Positions 23,930 through 33,014 of a stretch of DNA of 34,660 nt are shown here, one piece after another (positions within the stretch are counted from its first letter, which is position 1; each line of letters starts with the position of its first letter). The notes under the pieces were generated by a model that saw nothing but the letters and a program-made list of their open reading frames with translations, had not been told where the DNA came from and ran no database searches. Source of the DNA: Macrostomum lignano (Eukaryota). The stretch is from NCBI GenBank assembly GCA_002269645.1, contig NIVC01003822.1:1-34660 (forward strand), given 5' to 3'. Made by a program: the position numbers and the translations under genes.

Positions 23930-24545
23930 CAAGAGATTTTCTTCAGGAATTCCCCATATAGATTCTTCGCGGGGATTCCCCATATAGATTGTCCGCAGGG
24001 ATTCCCTAAATAAACTCCACAGGGATTCCCCAAAGAAACTCCACAGGGATTCCCCAAAGAAACTCCGCAGAAATTCCCCAAATAAACTCCACAGGGATTT
24101 CCCAAAAAAAACTCCGCAGGGATTCCCCAAAAAACTCTACAGGGATTCCCCAAATAAACTCCGCAGGGATTCCCCAGATAAACTCCACAGGGATTCCCAA
24201 ATAAACTCCACAGGGATTCCCCAAAGACACTTCGCAGGAATTCCCCAAATATACTCCACAGGGATTTCCCAAAAAAACTCCGCATGAATTCCGTAAATAA
24301 ACTCCACAAGGATTCCCCAAAGAAACTCCGCAGGAATTCCCCAAATAAACTCCACAGGGATTCCCCAAAGAAACTCAAAAAGGATTCCCAAAGGAACTCC
24401 ACAGGGATTCCCATATAGATTATCCACAGGATTCCCCATATAGATTCTCCACAGGGATTCCCCATATAAATTCTCCACAGGGATTCCCCATATAGATTCT
24501 CCGCAGGGATTCCCCATATAGATTCTCCACAGGGATTCCCCATAG
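23930..24545. repeat. Intron 7 minisatellite, 24-27-bp units (CAGGGATTCCCCAAATAAACTCCA)
   Basis: About 25 variant copies. Confidence 0.95.
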
Positions 24546-24577
24546 AGGTTCTCCAACCTTCCTCTCAACACCCGCAG

Positions 24578-25545
24578 CAACCTACAAGACATCAGTCTGC
24601 TCACCGTGCGCGTTTTCAAGACCCAGTCTGAGCGCAAAAAGAAGCACCGTGGCCAGCAGCAGCCGCAGATTCTGCAACAGCAGCAGCAGCATCGCAAGAA
24701 CCGCCTAGTTGGCGAGTTGAACATCCCCACTCACGAGATTCTCAGCCCCACGGAGCGCTGGTTCGATTTGGCGCCGGCGTCATCCTCGGCGTCGTCTAGT
24801 GGCAGCGCCGCGTCCTCGGCGCCGGCGGCCATCCGAGTGAAGGCGCGCTACCTCAGCGTTGACGTCCTGCCGTTGGCCTGGTACTCCGGCCTGCACGACT
24901 GCCTGCTGCGCGACCACTGCCTTCTGGCCGCCTGCCTGGAGCCCCGCCTGCACGTTCGGGTGAAGGAGGACCTGGCCAGCTGCCTGGTGGCGCTGGCGCA
25001 CCGGCGCGGCCGAGCGCACAGTTTGGTAGCCGATCTGGTGTTGCAGGAGCTCGAACCCGCGACTGGCCCGGCCGGTGCAATCGCTGGCATAGATTTCCGC
25101 GGCAACTCCCTAGCAACTAAGAGTGTTGAGCACTATCTGCGCCTGGTGGGCTCTCGCTACCTTCGCCAGGTGCTGTCGGAGCCGCTGTCGATGTTGCTAC
25201 GGTCGAACGATTGCTGTGAAGTTGACCCGCTGAAGGTGTCCGGCCCTGCCGAGCTGGCCGCGAACCAGCGCTCCCTTTGCCTGTTCGCCGAGCTGTTCTG
25301 GTCCCGGGTGGCCTCCTCGTTGGACCGCCTGCCGTCTGATATTCGCCGCCTGTTTGCCTGCATTCGGCAGCGTCAGCGGCGTCAGCAGATGTGCGACACC
25401 TTGGTGAGCGCCGGCTTTTTCCTTCGGTTCGTCTGCCCGGCCATACTCGGCCCATCGCTGTTCGGCCTGTGCCAGGAGCTGCCCGGGCCCAGGGCTGCCA
25501 GGGCGCTGACTCTCATTGCCAAGACTGTGCAGAACCTGGCCAATG
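24578..25545 (+). CDS. SYNGAP1/DAB2IP/RASAL2-like: RasGAP exon 8 (C2 end and RasGAP catalytic domain)
   Basis: Contains the arginine-finger motif FRGNSLATK, CEVDP, FLRFVCPAILGPSLFGL and LTLIAKTVQNLAN. Acceptor cgcAG at 24576-24577 and donor G|GTGGGT at 25546. Confidence 0.96.
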
Positions 25546-25559
25546 GTGGGTTGCCGTTT

Positions 25560-25890
25560 TGTCTGTCACTCCAGTGTCTGTTGTCTGTCACTCTAGTGTC
25601 TGTTGTCTGTCACTCCAGTGTCTAATTGTTGTCTGTCACTCCAGTGTCTGTTGTCTGTCACTCCAGTGTCTGTTGTCTGTCACTCCAGTGTCTGTTGTCT
25701 GTCACTCCAGTGTCTGTTGTCTGTCACTCCAGTGTCTGTTGTCTGTCACTCCAGTGTCTGTTGTCTGTCACTCCAGTGTCTGTTGTCTGTCACTCCAGTG
25801 TCTTTGTTGTCTGTCACTCCAGTGTCTTTGTTGTCTGTAACTCCAGTGTGGTAAGTGTGTCACTCCAGTGTCTCCATCTGTCACTCCAGC
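25560..25890. repeat. Intron 8 minisatellite, 22-bp unit TGTCTGTTGTCTGTCACTCCAG
   Basis: About 14 copies, beginning about 14 nt after the donor. Confidence 0.95.
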
Positions 25891-26013
25891 TTCTTCTTGA
25901 CACTCTAAGGTATTATTAACAATCTATCTAACGATAAACAATCCCCCTATAATCTAAAGCCCATTCCACAATAATAGGATTGCAAGTTAATAAAAGTACA
26001 ACACGTCCCGCAG

Positions 26014-27611
26014 GCGCCCCGTTTGGCGGCAAGGAGGCCTACATGAGCTTCATGAACCGCTTCCTGGCAGATCACGCGTCCAGTATGCGCCAGTTCGTGC
26101 GCGGGCTCACCGCCCCGCCGCCGCAGTCCCCCACGCCGCCGCCGCCGCCGCCGGCGGCCCCGCCACAGGCGTCTCTGTCCTCCTCCTCATCCTCGGTCGC
26201 CTCCACTGACGCGGCGTCGGCCGCCTCGGCCGTGCTTGTCGACGCCGGGTTCGAGCTGGCCCAGCTGCACTGCCTGCTGTCCGCCGCGCTCAGCCAGATG
26301 GAGCAGGCCGAGCCGGGACTGCTGGCCAGGGAGCGCTGCTTGGCCAAGGTGGCCGCTCACCTGGCCGAGGTCACCAGGTGCTTGCGGTTCAACTGCCCTC
26401 CCCAGCAGCAGCAGCAGCGACCGCAGAAGCAGCAGCAGCAGCCACCTCCAGAAGACTGGGTCTACAGCAACGCTAACGAATACGATTCTGATTTGCAGCA
26501 GCAGCAGCAGCAGCAGAAGCAACAGCAGCAGAAGCAACAGGCCAGAACCAATCGAAAAGCCAATAGTCGGCATCAACGCCCTCCACCGCCGACTGAGTCT
26601 CTGCCGCCGCCGCCGCCGCCGCTTCCTCCGGCTGCAACAGCAGCCCAGGCCGCCGCGGCGGCGAAATGCTCTCCAGCCAGCGTCCAGGAGGACTGGCAGC
26701 GGGTGCTGGAAGCCGCCAGAGCCGCGGTCACCACGGCTTCAACAACCGGCAGCAGCGGCTATCAGAGCTGCCGCACCGCGCCGTCCCCGGTGCAGTTTCT
26801 CAATCCCACGTATCAGAAGGCCGGCTCCGGCCACCTGCCCACCCTGCAGTCCCGCCCATCCTCGGCCAGCAGCGAAGCCGCTGCCGCTGCTGATATTGAA
26901 ACAGCTGAAGGCGCCTACGATATCGAGGCCGACGATGAAGTCGGCATTGACGATAACGAGGCTGCTGAGGAGGACGAGGAGGAAGTGCCGGTCGCCGCTT
27001 CGCCGTCGCCCCGCTGCTCGCCGCTGCCTGCCGATGACGTCGGCGAGGAGGTCGGCGACTGCTCCGACGAATTGATCGACGAGCAGCGGGACCGTCAGCT
27101 GGCTGTCGAGGTGGCCGCGGCCGCCGCTGCCTACCAGCGCCAGCAGCAGGCATCGGCTACGTCGACTTCGACGTCAACAAAAGCGTCGGCCGCGTCGACA
27201 GCCTCGGCGACGTCCTCGACTGCTGCCGGGCAGCAGCAGCAGCAGCAGCCGCGAGTTCGCATGGGCGTCAGCTCCGTGTCCGCCTACCGGGAGCGGAAGC
27301 AGCAACAGCAACTGCAGCAGCAGCCTCCGCCATCCGCTGACTACGAATCCGAGCTCTCGCAGCTGCACCTGGAGCTGCTGCACACCAGGCAGAGGCTGGA
27401 GGCTACCGAGGCTCGCCTAAGACTTAACGAGCAGGAGAAGCTGCAGCTCATCGCCGATGCCAGACAGCGGGTTGGCGAGAGTCAAGCTGCCGCCGCCGCC
27501 ACCGCTGACCCGATGGACAGCCAACTGCAGCATCAGCAGCAGCTGCAGGCCATCCTTGACCGGTTGAACAGCCTGGAGTGCGACGTCCGCAATGGTCAGC
27601 AGGAGTGCTGA
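26014..27611 (+). CDS. SYNGAP1/DAB2IP/RASAL2-like: RasGAP exon 9 (GAP C-terminus, Q/P/A/acidic low-complexity region, C-terminal coiled coil)
   Basis: Acceptor cgcAG at 26012-26013 gives NLANG-APFGGKEAYMSFMNRFL. Coiled coil YESELSQLHLELLHTRQRLE...QLQAILDRLNSLE; TGA at 27609-27611. The exact 3' end is somewhat uncertain. Confidence 0.9.
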
Positions 27612-27789
27612 CTGATCAGCATTCTCACCTGTCCTGTTGTTGTTTTTAATCTTCTGCATGATTGTGTTTTTAAAGTCCCGAAAACTAGTTGGCGTGCAAT
27701 TTTATATTTTATGATTGCCTGTTGCTTTCGGTTGCTCTGTGCGTGGTGTTCATACAATTCGAACAAAATCTGCTTGGTTGTCCTCAATT

Positions 27790-28290
27790 TTCCTCAATAA
27801 CCGACGGGATATCCCCTCAATGACCGATTAAATTCCCACTTAATAATTAATGAAATTTCCCCTCAATAATTAATGGGATTTCCTTCCATAGTCAGTGGGA
27901 TTTCCTTCAAAATCGATAGGATTTTACCTTAAAAAACCGATGGGATTTCCCTTAGTAACCGATGGGTTTTCCCTCAATAACCGATGGGATTTCCCTCAAT
28001 ACCCGATGGGATTTCCCTCAATAACCGATGGGATTTCCCTTAGTAACCGATGGGTTTTCCCTCAATAACCGATGGGATTTCCCTCTATAACCGATAGGAT
28101 TTCCCTCAATACCCGATGGGATTCACCTCAATACCCGATGGGATTTCCCTCAGTAACCGATGGTATTTCCCTCAATACCCGATGGGATTTCCCTCAATAA
28201 CCGATGGGATTTCCCTCAATACCCGATGGGATTTCCCTTAGTAACCGATGGGATTTCCCTTAGTAACCGATGGGTTTTCCCTCAATAACG
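27790..28290. repeat. 3'-flank/UTR minisatellite, 22-bp unit ACCGATGGGATTTCCCTCAATA
   Basis: About 22 copies with a degenerate 5' edge. Confidence 0.94.
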
Positions 28291-28879
28291 GATGGTATTA
28301 TTCACGAAAAGGCTCGCGCACGCAATCCTGGCATCATTCAAACCAAATTCAAGCCAGCTCGGCCTAGTCCATTATTTCTATGTTTTGTTTTTTTAAAGCG
28401 TAGGCATTTTCCTAGGATTGAAACTAATCTTAATTAGAATGCTTTATTGTGTGTCTGTCGCATCACTGTTGCGCCCAGCATATGCCACTGGAGAGGCATA
28501 GAGTTTATTTATATCTCTGTCTATGCTTAGTTCAGCTGCGTGAGACTGACTGCATTATTGTATATCGCTATTTTTCATTTCCAACACGTTTATGCCATGC
28601 GGTGTGCAATTCTAATGCATCTCTCGCCCCCCCCCTGTCACTCATTACAGCAAACTGCCTTATAAGACTATTTACATGTATTGTCTGTCCATCTCTCTCT
28701 CTCGGTTGCTTGTGATAAGCTTCTAATTTTATTAGTTTGGTTTGTTGTTTGTTTGTTGTGTCTGAAGCTGGATTCTACCTGTGCTTGTGTTTGAGCATCT
28801 TAGCTGTTATCGAATATTAGATCGTTATTTTGAAATGCAGAGATCTCATATCCAGGGCTTGAGATCTCCCGGAGGTTAA

Positions 28880-29235
28880 GAGAAGAGAGATCTCATGAGT
28901 GAGATTCTACCGAAGTAGAGAGATCTCATGGGAGAGATTCTACCGAAGTAGAGAGATCTCATGGGAGAGATTCTACCGAAGAAGAGAGATCTCATGGGAG
29001 AGCTTCTGCCGAAGTAGAGAGATCTCATGGGAGAGCTTCTGCCGAAGAAGAGAGATCTCATGGGAGAGATCCAACCGAAGCAGAGATATCTCATGAGTGA
29101 GATTCTACCGAAGTAGAGAGATCTCATGGGAGAGATTCTGCCGAAGTAGAGAGATCTCATGGGAGAGATTCTGCCGAAGTAGAGAGATCTCATGGGAGAG
29201 ATTCTGCCGAAGTAGAGAGATCTCATGGGAGAGGT
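28880..29235. repeat. Minisatellite, 33-bp unit GAGATCTCATGGGAGAGATTCTGCCGAAGTAGA
   Basis: About 11 copies, each with the palindrome GAGATCTC. Confidence 0.95.
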
Positions 29236-29265
29236 TCTTCCTAAGTTTTAGGAAGATACTTATCA

Positions 29266-29268
<3 letters not shown>

Positions 29269-29341
<73 letters not shown>
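29269..29341. repeat. (AG)n microsatellite
   Basis: About 36 AG units. Confidence 0.97.
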
Positions 29342-29343
<2 letters not shown>

Positions 29344-31149
29344 AGGGGTGGATATTCCAAATTGACTTCAACCCCAGAATCCACGGTTGGGTGGGATCTC
29401 TGGAGTAGACAAACTATCTTTAGAGCCTTCAAGTTCTAATTCATCGTAGTATTTTTCGGTTAGTAAAGTAATATTCGATACATATCGTCACACGAAACAT
29501 TAATTCTGTTTAATTTTCCAGCCCTATGCAAGGCTAACAGTCTATTAATTCTGCAGAGCTTTCCGTATAAAGACTTTGTCGCTTCTTTGGCATTGACATT
29601 TGAATTGGGCAAAGTCAGATTTATGCTCAAATTGCATAAATACAAATAGTTCAATATGTCAATCGCGTGTGCTGCTTAAATTTGTCTTTACAATCGTTTG
29701 TTGCTAGGTGGTTATTATCATTGTAATATAAATCGGTCTATTAATAATCCAGTGTTTTAATTCTGTCTGCATCTGTGTTTTTAATGCTTTCTTATGCTGC
29801 TGGTACTTTTTTCTACCAGAGGAAAACCTATGTCTGCGGTTTTACACGAGTTAAAAAAAGGTGACGAAAAAGATTTACCTGCTGATATTTTATGTTTACA
29901 ATTGAGACTGTTCGAGAATTTGCACAATGACTGATGCGAATGCCTATATATTATTATCTTATAAATATATTCGCTTATTGAATATATGCTGATTGTGTAT
30001 TTGTTGCCAGATTGTCGCTTGCTATGAAAATATATGCTGCTTGAATTCAAGCGGCTTGTTTCATTTATTGTTTTAGCTTTACGTGAAGTGCACTACTTAA
30101 TAAGTAGTAAGTAAGTAGTTGTACGTTTCTCCTTGGCATAGATTGGCACGTGGTGCATTGAATTAAAGCCATTAACGACTGAGGCTGTCTATACTACTGA
30201 CCAACTTCATCAGTAGCAAGTTGGCTAGCGGTTGTTAAGGCGTCGTTTTTTGTCCAACCACTGTGGGCCGGTCCTCTGCCCCTCCCCAACTTTGGAATTT
30301 GTACAGTGGAACCGCTGGGGTAGGGGGGTCACGCGCGCCCGAGGGGGTGTAAAGTAATAAAATTTGCTCGTGTCTCTCTTGCCTGGCTGCAGTGCAGTGT
30401 ACTCAGCGTTGCCCTTGGATACGGAGGTAAGAAGAGCAGAGATAGTCGGAAGAGGGTGGGAGTTATGCGCTCTGCTGTGCGGCCCAGGAGAGAACAGTGG
30501 GGGGGGAATTGCCCGGCTCTTCGGAGCAGCATGTTTTGTAAGCAAATTCTGCTTCATCCATGGAGACCGGCCAGGGGACTCACGTCACCTGCTCTCACCC
30601 AGCCCATCCCCAGCAACCGGGAATTCCCTTCGGCCTGCCCCCTACCGCATGCTCAGGCATGGCTCCGTCTCTATGGACTATGTGGGTGATTGAAATTAAG
30701 GGAAAACTCAATAATATATATGTTCTGTCTGGTCCCTCTGAAGTTTCTGAGGGATCAATCATAGTAAATATGTAATATATTTGTTCCTATAGATTCTGTT
30801 AGAAAGTTATCATTTCAACAAAAAATTTGCGCTTTTTAAATATAGGTCGATAAAGCAGACAGAATTGTATCGGCACACGCAGTTACATTACATGATAGAA
30901 AATATCAATGCATTCGAAATTGTTTTTTTCAAACAAACGTTTTTTAACATTAGCTGGCACGTATACAGATTTATGCATATAATATACATGCCTATATATA
31001 TCTCCTGGCTTTAACACTGTCTGAGCCCGAAAAATCAAATTCACAAGCCAGGTGTTATAACTAATCGACTGAAATATTTGTCCCAACGGTGCCTGTCAGC
31101 ATAGCAGGTAGTAAAAATGAAGCATGCAATTAGCCAAGAACTGGACAAT

Positions 31150-31155
31150 TTTATT
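31150..31155 (-). terminator. Candidate polyadenylation signal AATAAA for CFAP20
   Basis: tttatt on the + strand, about 450 nt past the stop codon. Motif match only. Confidence 0.3.
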
Positions 31156-31605
31156 AAGAAACAATATCAGAGTCAGGTTAATCCTGACAAAGATAAGCCA
31201 AGCCACGCTTATGCAGCCAGCTTAAGCGATAATCCTTTACGTTCTGAATTACAGGTATAAAAGACAACAGGCCAGAGACAAAGCGGGAGAATGAGAGGAC
31301 AGGACATTAGAGATATTTTAAACAATAATGTAATTTTGCATTCCCTAAGCTTGTTCTGGTTGTTATTGTTTAATTACATTCAGCCATCGAATTCCGCGAT
31401 CCTAATAAGCTAGACTTTTCTATCATCATACGGTAAATTAAGTTACTCCATAAGTTATATTGAAGCATGCCAACAATTGTCATTAATAACAGTGGAATGG
31501 CGTGAATGCACGATTAACGAGCTTGGGAGGCGGGGCTGGGAAGCGGGACAGGGAGGGGAAGTCGGGGGATTCAGAAGGGCATTAGGGGATGGCGAGGGGC
31601 GGGGT

Positions 31606-31758
31606 TCAGACAGCCTGCTGCTGCGTTGCCGCCGGCAACTTGTCGCCGGACTTCTGGCCGCCAACAGGCAGGAAGAGCTTGAACTCGGCTGGCAGTTCGT
31701 CCTCGGTGTAGAGCCGGTCGGAGAAGTACACCCGCCTGATGCGGCAGTTCGCATGGAT
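31606..31758 (-). CDS. CFAP20: CFAP20 exon 4 ([50 protein letters not shown] stop)
   Basis: Acceptor ttgcAG and 153 nt including TGA at 31608-31606. Conserved core followed by a short divergent tail. Confidence 0.95.
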   Translation of the reverse strand: MHANCRIRRVYFSDRLYTEDELPAEFKLFLPVGGQKSGDKLPAATQQQAV

Positions 31759-31852
31759 CTGCAAGTTAATCGCCGGCTTAGGGAATTAACTCTCTGACTA
31801 ACCGGATGTAGAGTGTTTTCAACAGGCTAAGTCTCAGATTAGAAGCTCTAAC

Positions 31853-32040
31853 CTGGATTCGCAGAGTCTCGATGTAGTTGGTGCCGTAGGCTCGCCTGGT
31901 GAAGTCTGACAGGTTGAACTGATCTGGTTCCAGCCCTCGTCCAGCCGCATCGGCATGGTGCAGATGAACGGCTTCACCCGGGTGGTGCTCTGGTAATTGG
32001 AGGCTCGGAATCGGCGCCTGACGTTCTTGTCGTCCAGGAT
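31853..32040 (-). CDS. CFAP20: CFAP20 exon 3 ([11 protein letters not shown]...YIETLRIQ) containing a 1-nt deletion at about 31921
   Basis: 188 nt, where 189 are needed. Homology switches frame at WNQI/QFNLSDF: the sequence reads ATC AG TTC instead of ATC CAG TTC. Confidence 0.94.
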
Positions 32041-32143
32041 CTGTTGGCAAGTAAACAATCAGTGTTATTTGTTTTTTTCGAATGCGCTAGGCGTTTCCTG
32101 CTTAACAAAATACCCACCCGAATTCATGGATTAATTTAATTAC

Positions 32144-32335
32144 CTGCACTTCGAAAGTGAAGTACTTCTTCAGATTTTTAATGATCATAACGAGGAACGG
32201 CAATTTGATTCCCAGAGTCTTATCCGATTCGGCTGGGCACGTGATGTAGGTTGTGCTGACGTTGGTGCCAACAATCTCCAACACAAGCGATTGGATGTCG
32301 TTGTCTGTGATGCGCTTGATGTGGCCGTTTCTGAC
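32144..32335 (-). CDS. CFAP20: CFAP20 exon 2 ([16 protein letters not shown]...KYFTFEVQ)
   Basis: 192 nt, acceptor tgcAG, donor CAG|GTAATT; near-identical to CFAP20. Confidence 0.97.
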
Positions 32336-32930
32336 CTGCAGTGTTAGGGAAGGAATTTCAAAGGGCATGTAAGCTTATGAGCCCATTTAAATACTTTTAT
32401 TTTGACAAATTTGATGCTAGGCCAGCTGACTTTAATTTGTTAAATCTTTAAATTATCAGAAAAATTAAAACCTCATCTGATAGGTATACTCATGATCTAC
32501 TTGTATTTGTTTCAAGTTTCTCCTAATTTTAATTGAAAAAAATTAAGTTTTTTGCATTTAGTATGTCTGAAATGAACAGATCCAAAAATAGGAGAGTAAC
32601 TGAAAATTCTAAGCTGTTAGCTTATGCAATATGATCTTAAAGTTTACAACAACTTTTAGTACGATTGAAATTTTATGTTTAATGAAGCTATACAGCTTTT
32701 TATCAATGTATTGAAATTTACTATATGCAGTTCTCTACCTATAGGCTATAGCTACATGTAGTTACGTTACATCTTGACCATGCCAACTCAAAATAGAAAT
32801 TAACTTGCTTCCTTTAGTATATCATTAGTTAAAACATTGTTGAATTGAAATTGGCTAAATATAAGGAAGATTGTAATGCAACTACGAGGAAACAGCATAG
32901 AGATTATCAAAATGAAATATGAAAATTTAC

Positions 32931-33014
32931 CTGCTTGGTCCAAATCTGCAAAGGTTTGCTTCCAATACTATATAATACTGAAAGAAATCCGCTCTGGAAA
33001 GTATCCTTGAACAT
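32931..33014 (-). CDS. CFAP20: CFAP20 exon 1 ([28 protein letters not shown])
   Basis: ATG at 33014-33012, 84 nt, donor CAG|GTAAAT. Absent from the ORF track. Confidence 0.96.

Larger units (their letters stand above)
31606..33014 (-). other. CFAP20: Gene span: CFAP20/BUG22 (cilia- and flagella-associated protein 20), 4 exons, 205 aa if the 1-nt frameshift is corrected
   Basis: Near-identity to the remembered CFAP20 sequence: [25 protein letters not shown]...[26 protein letters not shown]...[20 protein letters not shown]. All introns are phase 0 with GT-AG boundaries. Confidence 0.97.

Noticed and set aside
27606-27611. Selenocysteine recoding of the terminal Cys-TGA
   Set aside because: No recognisable SECIS and no redox motif; RasGAPs are not selenoproteins.
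24780-27659. Antisense and alternative-frame ORFs overlapping RasGAP exons 8-9
   Set aside because: Shadow ORFs caused by high GC3 and CAG/GCC repeats.
21700-29235. CRISPR-like appearance of the regular 22-69-bp arrays
   Set aside because: Units are directly adjacent with no unique spacers, there are no cas genes, and the context is eukaryotic introns.
30225-30780. GC-richer island between the genes as a solo LTR, SINE or MITE
   Set aside because: No TG...CA ends, TIRs, target-site duplication, Pol III boxes or second copy could be identified by eye. A repeat-library search is needed.
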